Assembly: GCA_001792215.1 (NCBI GenBank)
Contig: MGGC01000038.1
Coordinates: 73,761-115,984, forward strand
Source: Candidatus Woesebacteria bacterium RIFCSPHIGHO2_01_FULL_38_10
GTDB lineage: Bacteria > Patescibacteriota > Microgenomatia > UBA8517
Direction: 5' to 3'
DNA length: 42,224 bases
The first letter of the stretch is position 1; the number at the start of each line of letters is the position of its first letter. Positions 26,161 through 34,886 of the stretch are shown piece after piece. Position numbers and translations under genes: made by a program. The notes under the pieces are model-generated. The model saw nothing but the letters and a program-made list of their open reading frames with translations. It made no database searches and was not told the DNA's origin.

Positions 26161-26325
26161 TCAACTCCTGGGGTTATCTACGTTCAAACCAAACCTATAG
26201 AAATTAATTAAATCTATAAAACGCGTGTAGTTCTTCTTTTTACTGAATATCGGCAACGAGGCTACTCCCCGGTTAAATACATTATACGCTTGACCATTTG
26301 CTAAAATTTCTTTTCTCCGTGGCAT
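26161..26325 (-). pseudogene. Truncated REP-associated tyrosine transposase (RAYT/Y1) N-terminus
   Basis: MPRR....GQAYNVFNRGV...IF....Y..F; stops before the HUH/Tyr motifs; REP-like ends on both sides. Confidence 0.75.
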
Positions 26326-26593
26326 TATTAACAGCATACTACCGGGGTTCAAAGCTAATTAACCCCCCGAAGTTGATTTATTTTTCCCCTTGTTCTAATG
26401 GTTATTACTATGCTAAAATTCTTTCACCTCATTCCGAGTTGTGCTTGGCATCAAGCCAGACTTTGTTTCCAAGCTTAGCTGGGTCTTAGGGAGATAGGAG
26501 CCTAAAAGCAAAGTGGCATATCGAAAGTTTGTAATTAAAATGTCTTGTTAACTTCGATGAAAAAACTTTCTGCTTAAGGAAGTCCTACTTTAC

Positions 26594-26634
26594 CAATTAC
26601 TAATTTCTAATTATTAAATTCTAAACTCTAAAAT
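26594..26634. repeat. Degenerate 7-bp tandem repeat before rplK
   Basis: CAATTAC TAATTTC TAATTAT TAAATTC TAAACTC TAAAAT. Confidence 0.65.
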
Positions 26635-27063
26635 ATGGCTGGAAAAAAGATTTTAACCACTCTTAAATTGAACCTCAAAGGCGGTGAGGCATCACCGGCT
26701 CCTCCACTTGGTCCTGCATTGGGTCAACACGGAGTTGCCATTATGGATTTTGTCAAAGAGTATAATGAAAAAACTGCCGGGATGAAAGGTCAGATTGTTC
26801 CTGCTCTAATTACCATTTATGAGGATCGATCTTACGATTTTGAGATTAAAAAGGCTCCAGTTACCGAAATGATAAAAAAGGCAGCCAAAATCGAAAAAGG
26901 ATCGGGTACAACTCCAAGAGATATTGTTGGAACCCTTACCAAATCAGGGGTAGAGAAAATCGCAAAAGAAAAAATGGATGATTTTAACACCAAAGATTTA
27001 GAAGCTGCAAAAAGAATTGTAGAAGGTACGGCAAGATCAATGGGTGTAAAAATCGGGGAATAA
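26635..27063 (+). CDS. rplK: 50S ribosomal protein L11
   Basis: GGEASPAPPLGPALGQHGV, GTARSMGV. Confidence 0.97.
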   Translation: MAGKKILTTLKLNLKGGEASPAPPLGPALGQHGVAIMDFVKEYNEKTAGMKGQIVPALITIYEDRSYDFEIKKAPVTEMIKKAAKIEKGSGTTPRDIVGTLTKSGVEKIAKEKMDDFNTKDLEAAKRIVEGTARSMGVKIGE

Positions 27064-27106
27064 TTTTCTTTGTTGTACTTTCTTTCCTAAAGAAAGTACG
27101 AATTAT

Positions 27107-27925
27107 ATGGGTAAAACAAAAACAGCCACAATTTCGGATTTTTCCAAAGAAAAAAAATCGGGAAAAGAAATTTATGAGGAAAAAAGGGTAAAAAAAGAAG
27201 AAAAAAGGGCGAAAGAAGAAAAGAAGACACAAGTTGAAAGTGTTGGTCTAAAAGGCGGAGAAAGAATAAAAGTCGTAACTGGCGAAATACCAGACGTGGC
27301 TGAAGAAGAAAAATCGGTAGCTAAGAGAAAAAAAGCCAAAGTCAGAGGCAAAAAATATCTGAAGCTCCGAAGTAAAATTGATAAGTCAAAATTGTATAAA
27401 TTACCTGATGCTATTAAGCTTGTAAAGAAAACTTCTTATTCAAAGTTTGATGGAACTATTGAGCTTCATCTAATCACCAAAAGGGCCAAAATAAACGAAA
27501 ATGTTAAACTTCCTTACCCAACCGGTAAAGAAAAAAAGATCGAGGTCGCAGACGAGAAGACTATCGAAAAATTAAAAAAAGGCAAAATTGACTTTGATCT
27601 ACTTTTGGCAACTTCTGAAATGATGCCCAAACTCCTAACCTTTGCTAAAGTCCTGGGTCCGAAAGGGCTGATGCCCAATCCCAAAACAGGAACATTAATT
27701 AAAGAGGCAAAAGATGCAAAAAAGTTCTCAGCAAATACCCTTGTGGTAAAAACCGAGAAGAAACAGCCGGTTATCCATACAATTATCGGTAAAGTCAGCC
27801 AAAAGGAAAATGAGCTTGAAGAAAATGCCCTGGCCATAATTAAGGCAGTTGGCGAAGGTAAACAACTCGTTAAAGCCTATCTTTGTTCAACCATGAGTCC
27901 TTCAGTGAAACTTAACCTGTCTTGA
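27107..27925 (+). CDS. rplA: 50S ribosomal protein L1 with a charged N-terminal extension
   Basis: KFDGTIELH, LGPKGLMPNPKTGT, STMSPSVK. Confidence 0.95.
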   Translation: MGKTKTATISDFSKEKKSGKEIYEEKRVKKEEKRAKEEKKTQVESVGLKGGERIKVVTGEIPDVAEEEKSVAKRKKAKVRGKKYLKLRSKIDKSKLYKLPDAIKLVKKTSYSKFDGTIELHLITKRAKINENVKLPYPTGKEKKIEVADEKTIEKLKKGKIDFDLLLATSEMMPKLLTFAKVLGPKGLMPNPKTGTLIKEAKDAKKFSANTLVVKTEKKQPVIHTIIGKVSQKENELEENALAIIKAVGEGKQLVKAYLCSTMSPSVKLNLS

Positions 27926-27944
27926 GAAGATAATCTAACTAAGG

Positions 27945-28202
27945 TTGAACCCCACAGTTGCAGTTTCAAAAATACTAACACTTCGTTTATCTCAAGATTG
28001 GGAAGTAATCGACGAATTTTTACCGTGGAGTAGTGGCAGAAAAGAAGCGGTCCCGTGTACAGATAGATGTCGGTTTTATATTGAAAATACTTGCACCGTG
28101 ACTGAAAAAAGAGTTGAAAGTGGTATGTCCTCTTGTGAAGCGCCTAATAAGAGGGGGGTAAGGAAAAAACCATTAAAATATTTACTAAAACCCCGCCTTT
28201 AA
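27945..28202 (+). CDS. Small Cys-rich hypothetical protein
   Basis: CxxxC...C...C and a basic tail; start uncertain. Confidence 0.4.
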   Translation: MNPTVAVSKILTLRLSQDWEVIDEFLPWSSGRKEAVPCTDRCRFYIENTCTVTEKRVESGMSSCEAPNKRGVRKKPLKYLLKPRL

Positions 28203-28212
28203 AACCCAGCGC

Positions 28213-29619
28213 TTATAAGGATTTGAAAAGAGGAACAATCGGGCCTGAGCCCCCTGTATTTATCAAGGCAAAAATAATAAAAACTGAAACTCCTAAGAAA
28301 AGAACAATCCAAATTACGCTAAAAACTAAAGTGGTTATCCCCCATCCCACTCCCTTTTTAGCTCCAATAAAAGCTGCGGGCGCAAAAATCAAAATGGCAT
28401 AGATAATAAATGAGGCAATTATTAAAAATAGTGCAAACATACCCAAAAACTGATATTCGACTAAACCAGATAAAAATTTGCTCAACAAATAGACAAAGAC
28501 GCTATAAGCTGAAACTAAAACCGAGGAGAAAAAGCTTACTCCCAAAGTTAAAAGCAGTAAAGCGCTGCTTGAAGATAAGTTTTCCTTCTTTTCTGCGGAA
28601 TCGCCAACTTCTTTTTCTTTAAGCGCACTGAACTTTTTGTAAATCCTTTTTACCACTAAACCCGTTAAACCCACAAAAATTAAAATTAGTAAAAAGCCAA
28701 TTGTCAATTCTTTAGCATAAAGCTTTATTCGCGAAGAAGCGTAATCTCCTTCAACCTTATAAGATTCGAGGGCTGCCAGGTTTGAGGCAGATTTATTAAT
28801 TTTCCCATGGCCAATCTGGGAAACAAAGCGGTCCATAGCAATCGATTTCTGCGGAGCGGTAACTGCGCCCGCCGATTCAAGTGCGCTAAATGCCGACTCT
28901 TCAAAGCGATAAGAAACTTCCCCCTTAACACCCTTTAAAATTAAATCTGAATCGGTGGAAATCCCAAGCATCAGATTTCTTATATCTTCCTCTGCTTTTA
29001 AAGTTTCAAATTCATAATTAAACGCGCCAAATAAATTTTTCTTGGCATATCCTATGGCTCTAAAATAAATAATAAAAGCACCAGATTTGTTGGATGCAAC
29101 TGCTTTCGGAAGCGTAATTTTCAAAGTGTCAACATCAAGTTCGGCTTTGGCTTTCTGATACGAAACGTTTCCGTAATAAGAATAGTAATCAGGCTCTTCA
29201 ATTTCAATGCATCTTGAGGGAAGATAGCGATTCTCAACCGGGTCGTAGGTTCTCGACGAATATCTCAAACACCTCCCCAGACTTATCGCCTGGTAAACGC
29301 TTAAGTTAGTCGGCAGCACTTTCGTAACCCGAAGCTTAATCTCATCCAAAGTATCATCTTTCTTATTCATAAAAACTATCTTTGCCGAAACAACTGCTTC
29401 GCCGTTTCCTCTAAAAACTACGCTGTAAGAGTGGTCTTGTCCTAAAAATCCCGGCTCACTCCCAGGATAAGGTGGGTACAACGTATCAGGGGCTATAAGA
29501 GATTCTTTAGAAACTCCTTCTGAAGAGTCAACCGTCTGTGAATCTGTCTGGGCAAAAACTTCTGTTGCTGGTAATAACAATATTGCCAAAGAAGAAAAAA
29601 GTAAAACTAGCCTTTTCAT
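28213..29619 (-). CDS. Membrane protein: signal peptide, large extracellular domain, four C-terminal TMs
   Basis: VFA-Q cleavage site and hydrophobicity pattern. Confidence 0.85.
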   Translation of the reverse strand: MKRLVLLFSSLAILLLPATEVFAQTDSQTVDSSEGVSKESLIAPDTLYPPYPGSEPGFLGQDHSYSVVFRGNGEAVVSAKIVFMNKKDDTLDEIKLRVTKVLPTNLSVYQAISLGRCLRYSSRTYDPVENRYLPSRCIEIEEPDYYSYYGNVSYQKAKAELDVDTLKITLPKAVASNKSGAFIIYFRAIGYAKKNLFGAFNYEFETLKAEEDIRNLMLGISTDSDLILKGVKGEVSYRFEESAFSALESAGAVTAPQKSIAMDRFVSQIGHGKINKSASNLAALESYKVEGDYASSRIKLYAKELTIGFLLILIFVGLTGLVVKRIYKKFSALKEKEVGDSAEKKENLSSSSALLLLTLGVSFFSSVLVSAYSVFVYLLSKFLSGLVEYQFLGMFALFLIIASFIIYAILIFAPAAFIGAKKGVGWGITTLVFSVIWIVLFLGVSVFIIFALINTGGSGPIVPLFKSL

Positions 29620-29663
29620 TATTTAATTTATTTACTCATAAGCGTGTATTAAAGTCAACTGTC

Positions 29664-29699
29664 TCCCAAGGTGTCATCTTTCCGACACCTCCGAGGTGT
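29664..29699. repeat. REP-like palindrome
   Basis: GGTGTC..GACACC hairpin overlapping ACACCTC-C-GAGGTGT. Confidence 0.6.
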
Positions 29700-29826
29700 T
29701 TAACACATTTCTTCCACCCTTCTCACATTCGAAACGATTTAGTAAATCTTAACAAAAAATATCCTTAAAGGGAAAAAGATTAAAGGTTGCTTGATTCGCA
29801 CAACAAAGAGAGGGTAAAATGAAGGT

Positions 29827-31200
29827 GTGGAAGATAGCGGCTTAGGAGTAAGTTATTCAGAAGTTCTCAACGATAAACCACTCCCTTGGCAAAAAGAAGT
29901 GGACTACTCCGAACAACTGGCAGGCGGCGTTGAACTGCAAAATGCCCCGGAAAAAATTCAGGTTGCCTCCAGACAAGAAGCGGTTGATAAAATAAAAGAA
30001 CATTTCCGAAACACTCTTGAAGATCGTTTTCCCCATTTTGCCTTCCATAACGTCGAACATTCCAAAGGTGTCCTCGGTAGTGCAATTCTTTTTTCTGATT
30101 CAGTAAAGTTAGCCGATCCGACAATCTTTGAAGGGAAGAGAGAGATTTTAGAAGTCGCTGCCTCTGCACACGACAGCTGGCAGGCTTGGGAAGTTAAGGG
30201 CGGACTAAGACAAAGAAACAGAGGCTTTGTTCCACAACGGGCCGAGAAAGTCGTAAAAGATGTCCTAGAAACCGGTCGCAAAAAGCAGATAAAAATTCCT
30301 GAATACGACCATACCCATCCCGAAGAATTCTCGATCGGCAACGAAGAATACAGCGCCTATGAGCTGATAGATAAAATGACCAGATACATCATCGTTGCGG
30401 ACGGAAGAAAGGAGAATGCGTTTTCCAACGAAGAAATCCTCGAAGCAGTCGAGACGATAGGCGGAACTTACCCGAGCTTTGTCTTTAACGAATCGTTCCC
30501 GGTTAATGTTGATCCCAAAAACGAAACCTCACTTGACGTCTCCGAAATAACAGACCTTAAATCAGGTCTTCATATTTCCCAACCCTACGCGGAAAAATGC
30601 TGGGCAGCAAGAGCAATCGGCACTGGTGACTTGTGGAACCACATGGGATCTACAGAAGGTAAATTAAGTCTTCAAGCAGCCATGAAAGAGTGGGAAGAAT
30701 TCCATATAAAATTTGCTGACAAGTTAAAAAGGGCTGATCAGACTCCCGATGATAGGGTTGAAATCGCAGGCTCGATACTGGACTGGCTTTTTATGCAGGA
30801 GGGAACCATCGCCTGGCAACACCTTAATTTTGAACGCTTTCTTGCAACCAGCCCTCTTTTAAAGACACATCCCAAGGCCGATGAGATAAGAACAAATATC
30901 AGAAACGCATTTCCGCTTTTTAAAGCCAACGCCGCTTATGCCCGAGAAGCATACCTTACACTTGAATCTGCTTTTGGAGATCGCGAGTATGCAACATTCA
31001 GAAGAGAACTTGCAACAAAGGGTCCCGATGAAATAAGCGAAGAAGAAAAACAAAAACTAACAAAACTCAAAATAGAAAGGGATAAACGCTTGAAAGAAAA
31101 TTTTGGCGAAAACGACATAGAGGATGTTGAGAAAACAAAGGAAAGATTTGAATTTTTCAGAAAGAAAGTTATGCAAGTTGAATTGGAAGATTTAAACTAA
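29827..31200 (+). CDS. HD-domain metal-dependent phosphohydrolase-like protein
   Basis: FHNVEHS...AASAHD...NEE.SA...D; TTGATT-18-TAAAAT 6 nt before the GTG. Confidence 0.75.
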   Translation: MEDSGLGVSYSEVLNDKPLPWQKEVDYSEQLAGGVELQNAPEKIQVASRQEAVDKIKEHFRNTLEDRFPHFAFHNVEHSKGVLGSAILFSDSVKLADPTIFEGKREILEVAASAHDSWQAWEVKGGLRQRNRGFVPQRAEKVVKDVLETGRKKQIKIPEYDHTHPEEFSIGNEEYSAYELIDKMTRYIIVADGRKENAFSNEEILEAVETIGGTYPSFVFNESFPVNVDPKNETSLDVSEITDLKSGLHISQPYAEKCWAARAIGTGDLWNHMGSTEGKLSLQAAMKEWEEFHIKFADKLKRADQTPDDRVEIAGSILDWLFMQEGTIAWQHLNFERFLATSPLLKTHPKADEIRTNIRNAFPLFKANAAYAREAYLTLESAFGDREYATFRRELATKGPDEISEEEKQKLTKLKIERDKRLKENFGENDIEDVEKTKERFEFFRKKVMQVELEDLN

Positions 31201-31301
31201 CTTATCCCAAATAATCTTCAAGCTTCTTTAAAAATCCCTCAGCTTTCCCATTCATCAAGAAACTATAAAACTCTCAATCTTGAAAGTAAACTACACATGG
31301 G

Positions 31302-31502
31302 CTAATCCATACTGGGTTTTGGTTCTTCTCTTGCTACAATTTTGCCACTAGGATGGTGTGTCTCCATAATGCTAACTCCTCTTCTACCTCTTATTGAAGT
31401 ATTATGCCTTATTGTAAGGGGAGATTTATTTTGAGACTGAGTTCCTTCAGAACCAAAACTTCTTCTCTTCTGAGGACCTGATTGTTCCTCTGACTCATCC
31501 AT
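31302..31502 (-). CDS. Small disordered hypothetical protein
   Basis: Strong SD GAGGTGGTGA before the ATG. Confidence 0.6.
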   Translation of the reverse strand: MDESEEQSGPQKRRSFGSEGTQSQNKSPLTIRHNTSIRGRRGVSIMETHHPSGKIVAREEPKPSMD

Positions 31503-31588
31503 TTTTTATCACCACCTCTCTCCTATATCTATTTTATATTATACCATTTGACGCAAGGGAACATTATAGGTTACAATTTGGAATTACA

Positions 31589-31930
31589 ATGTCGGAAAGA
31601 AAAAAGCCATGGTGGAAAGGTGCAAGAAAATCGACCCCACCACCGACTCCCCAAACTTTTGAAGACCAACTTGGTGTTTCCCAAGAACCCACAGGAAGTG
31701 TAATTGGAGATAGCCGACCTTTAATTGGTGAAACACTTACTGAAAGAACAAGACAAGGAGTCATCAGAAGGGGACGACAAGAACTGGGTTTACCCTCAGA
31801 AAAACCTCCAGATGCTGATACAGACACAAAACCTACCAGACCAAAGATCAAACCACTACCTTCTAGAGTAATCGGGAATTTATTTGGTAGGATAACTGCC
31901 AAAGATCAGGGAGTTAAAAATAATAAATGA
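31589..31930 (+). CDS. Small Pro/Lys/Arg-rich hypothetical protein
   Basis: TTGACG-18-TACAAT upstream. Confidence 0.65.
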   Translation: MSERKKPWWKGARKSTPPPTPQTFEDQLGVSQEPTGSVIGDSRPLIGETLTERTRQGVIRRGRQELGLPSEKPPDADTDTKPTRPKIKPLPSRVIGNLFGRITAKDQGVKNNK

Positions 31931-32028
31931 AGTCCGAACTTATTTGAAGCTTATTTGAGACAAAAGTGGGGTAAGACCAGAAATTTTGACTATTGATTTT
32001 TGGATTAATTTAACTCTATAATCCGACT

Positions 32029-32217
32029 ATGTCAGAAGCACCTGGGCAACGACCTGCATGGCAGGAAAGAGAGAAAAAGCGAATTAAGGGCCAACCCGTA
32101 ACGCTAACGAGATCAACTCTTGGTCCTTCTTCAACCCCTAAAGCTCAACCGGGAGTTCCTCCTAATGTAGCAAGAATAAGACAACACCAACAACAATCCG
32201 GGGAAACAGGAAGTTAA
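32029..32217 (+). CDS. Small disordered hypothetical protein (leaderless)
   Basis: TTGATT-18-TATAAT-6 nt-ATG. Confidence 0.6.
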   Translation: MSEAPGQRPAWQEREKKRIKGQPVTLTRSTLGPSSTPKAQPGVPPNVARIRQHQQQSGETGS

Positions 32218-32291
32218 AGAAATTCTCCCCCTACACTCTTTCTCAATTACGCCTTGACTACTTCCTTCCCTCTAAAGTAAAATAACCTTAT

Positions 32292-32417
32292 CCTAAGAAA
32301 GCATGCGGGATAGAGTTTAAAAACCCTTTTATTCTATCAAATAAGCCGTGCCGAGGAGCTGTAATCGCAGTTGTTTGTTGGCGGATTAATAAAGCACTCC
32401 TTGGGAGTGCATTTTTT
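32292..32417 (+). promoter_or_regulatory. L10 ribosomal protein leader with terminator-like hairpin
   Basis: CCTAAGAAAGCA...ATAAGCCGTGCCGAGG kink-turn-type pattern; GCACTCC-TTG-GGAGTGC plus a T run; promoter TTGACT-18-TAAAAT at 32254-32283. Confidence 0.7.
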
Positions 32418-32440
32418 ATTAATGAATCTTTTACTTTAAA

Positions 32441-32965
32441 ATGAAACGCCAGGAAAAAACATTTTTTGTTGCTAATCTAACTGAAGAATTGAAATCAGCA
32501 TCAGCCTTGGTTCTAATTAATTACTTAGGACTTTCGGTTAAAATGCAGCAGGATCTTAAAGCTCGTTTGAAAGAAGTCGGAGCCTCTTTCACCGTTGTCA
32601 AAAACACTCTTTTTGCTCTGGCTGGGAAAGCTGCAAAAATTCCGGAAGAAACTTTGAAAGATACAGTTTTGCAGGGGCCTTTGGCTTTGATAATTACCGA
32701 ATCCGACCCTATTGCACCACTATATGTGTTGGCCAAGTTCGCAAAAGAGCACGAAACTCCCCAACTAAAAGTAGGAATCATCGAAGGAACATTCCAGGAT
32801 AAAGAAGACTTAACGGAACTTTCAAAGCTTCTTTCAAAAAATACCCTCTATTCCCAAGTTATCGGGACAATTGCCAATCCCATGTACGGATTGGTGTCAA
32901 TTTTAGAGGCAAATTTACAAAAATTGATATACATAATTCAAAAGTACAGGACTAAAAAAGTTTAA
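32441..32965 (+). CDS. rplJ: 50S ribosomal protein L10
   Basis: YLGLSV...L, VVKNTL, L.GP.A. Confidence 0.95.
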   Translation: MKRQEKTFFVANLTEELKSASALVLINYLGLSVKMQQDLKARLKEVGASFTVVKNTLFALAGKAAKIPEETLKDTVLQGPLALIITESDPIAPLYVLAKFAKEHETPQLKVGIIEGTFQDKEDLTELSKLLSKNTLYSQVIGTIANPMYGLVSILEANLQKLIYIIQKYRTKKV

Positions 32966-32986
32966 GATGGGAAGGTGGTGATAAAA

Positions 32987-33424
32987 ATGGCTGAAAATAA
33001 AACTAAAAAAGAAGAAAAGAAGGAAACAAAATTATCCAAAAGCGTCGAAAAATTGGTTGAAGAAATAGCAAAGTTGACAGTTATTGAACTTAGCCAATTG
33101 GTTAGCGCTTTGCAGGAAAAATTGGGAGTATCTACTCCAGTAGCAACTGCAGCAGTAACCCAACCGCAACCAACTCAGACTGCTGAAGTAGCGCCATCAG
33201 GAGGCGGGGCTACAAAGCAGACTTTAGTAATGACTGCTTCAGGCAGCAATAAAATCGCAGTTATCAAAGCTTTAAGGGAAATCAATCAAAACTGGACTTT
33301 AAAAGAGGCCAAAGACATGACCGAACAAGTTCCAACCGAAGTTTTGAAAGATGCCAAAGCTGATGATGTTAAAAATGCAACCGACAAACTGAAAGTGGCA
33401 GGCGCGAATGTTGAAGTGAAATAA
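32987..33424 (+). CDS. rplL: 50S ribosomal protein L7/L12
   Basis: LTVIELSQLV..L.EKLGV, KIAVIK.LRE, LKEAK, AGA.VEVK; SD GGTGGTGA supports ATG 32987. Confidence 0.95.
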   Translation: MAENKTKKEEKKETKLSKSVEKLVEEIAKLTVIELSQLVSALQEKLGVSTPVATAAVTQPQPTQTAEVAPSGGGATKQTLVMTASGSNKIAVIKALREINQNWTLKEAKDMTEQVPTEVLKDAKADDVKNATDKLKVAGANVEVK

Positions 33425-33677
33425 GACACCGAGTGTCCCACAAGAATCGCCGTCTTTAGCCATGCGTATCTAGAGGTACGACATACCGAATAGTACTGGA
33501 AAAACGAAAGTTAAGATTCAGCGGAAAGCTACAGTAAGTTGAAATGTATATTTTAAATTTCATCTCTACACAAAACCTATCTAAATCGTGTAGCATTTTT
33601 CTATGACAAAATACTAATGGATAAAAAAAACTAATTGTAATAGTTGACTACCTGTAATCACAATCTGTAAACTACTA

Positions 33678-33697
33678 CTAATACATCGATGTATTAG
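33678..33697. promoter_or_regulatory. Perfect 20-bp palindrome (putative operator) over the predicted TSS
   Basis: CTAATACATCGATGTATTAG, just after TTGACT-18-TAAACT (33644-33673). Confidence 0.75.
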
Positions 33698-33701
33698 CTC
33701 C

Positions 33702-34154
33702 ATGCCAAAAGTTTCAAGAAAAAAACTTGATAAAGATATCGAGACTGTTATGTTCAAGCAATTTTGGAGTTCATTAGCAAAGATAAATAATGCTTCAAAA
33801 GCTTCTGAATTCTTCTCCGATCTTCTCACTCGATCCGAAGAAATGATGCTTGCAAAACGGTTCGCGGCGGCAATTCTTCTTATTAGGGGAAAATCGCCAA
33901 CAGAAATTAAAAATTCAATACATTTAACATATACAACTATTGGATCTGTTGCATCTTGGGTCAAAAACGCTAAACCCAAAACTAAGGAAATACTTCTGGC
34001 TTTTTCTAAAGAGAAAGACTGGGAAACTATAATCGATAAAATAGAATCCTTATTAGATAAATTACCTCCACGTTTCGGAACAAATTGGAGTGAGGCCGGA
34101 AAGAAAAAATGGCAAAGAATGAAAGACAGAGCCGCTCGAAATAATCTTCGTTAA
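33702..34154 (+). CDS. TrpR-like (YerC/YecD) HTH protein
   Basis: FFSDLLT.SE..ML.KR...A.LL..G.S..EI...I..T..TI..V. Confidence 0.85.
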   Translation: MPKVSRKKLDKDIETVMFKQFWSSLAKINNASKASEFFSDLLTRSEEMMLAKRFAAAILLIRGKSPTEIKNSIHLTYTTIGSVASWVKNAKPKTKEILLAFSKEKDWETIIDKIESLLDKLPPRFGTNWSEAGKKKWQRMKDRAARNNLR

Positions 34155-34160
34155 CATTCC

Positions 34161-34204
34161 ACTATCAATACATCGATGTATTGATAGTATTGATAATATT
34201 GATA
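34161..34204. repeat. Perfect 28-bp palindrome plus 9-bp tandem repeats
   Basis: ACTATCAATACATCGATGTATTGATAGT (34161-34188) running into (R)TATTGATA x3. Confidence 0.85.
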
Positions 34205-34262
34205 GTTTTACCGGGGATAAATACTACAAAATATTACAAAACTACAAACAGAAATCTAATTT

Positions 34263-34886
34263 TCACTTAAACATCGCGATTGTGAAGTCGCGCTTTCGAT
34301 AATGATGGCGAAATATGATTTTTGAGGTTAGAGTAAAGCAAAACCTCAAAATCTCAAGTGAATTTGCGTAGAACACCCTATTAACGTTCTTATTTTCAGG
34401 CTGAGGATAACCCCCTGACATATTAAAAGCAACCACCTCTCTGGCATACTCCCACATTATTTCTATTGCCTTTTTTCGATATCTTATCGAATTAGAAGGG
34501 TTCGAATTTAAAGCACCGCAACAAAGTACAACGTCAAATTTTTGCCTAAGAGGATTTTTTATATAATCCCTCACTAAGAAATGCACCCTTAGCTTTTTCT
34601 TAATATTAATTCGGTTTTTGTAAGTATCTTTTGCAACTTTAATAAACTCCGGAACTATATCGATACCTATATACTCAAAATGTTTACTTTTTTCCAAGAT
34701 ATAGGGAATTATATCTCCAAACCCACACCCAACATCCAAAACACTTTTTCCCTCAAAATCAAGGTCGGCAATAAGTTGTTTATAATGAACTTCGGCGGCC
34801 TCTTTCGAAACCCAGTGAAGGGCTCTTGGCGAAACACCATATTTTTTAAAGGATTTCTGATAACTCCTAATTTTCTTATTCAACAT
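34263..34886 (-). CDS. Class I SAM-dependent methyltransferase
   Basis: SVLDVGCGFGD, YIGIDI, FDVVLCCG; start at ATG 34886. Confidence 0.9.
   Translation of the reverse strand: MLNKKIRSYQKSFKKYGVSPRALHWVSKEAAEVHYKQLIADLDFEGKSVLDVGCGFGDIIPYILEKSKHFEYIGIDIVPEFIKVAKDTYKNRINIKKKLRVHFLVRDYIKNPLRQKFDVVLCCGALNSNPSNSIRYRKKAIEIMWEYAREVVAFNMSGGYPQPENKNVNRVFYANSLEILRFCFTLTSKIIFRHHYRKRDFTIAMFK

Noticed and set aside
20548-34250. CRISPR array from the palindromic repeats
   Set aside because: No regularly spaced repeat-spacer units and no cas genes.
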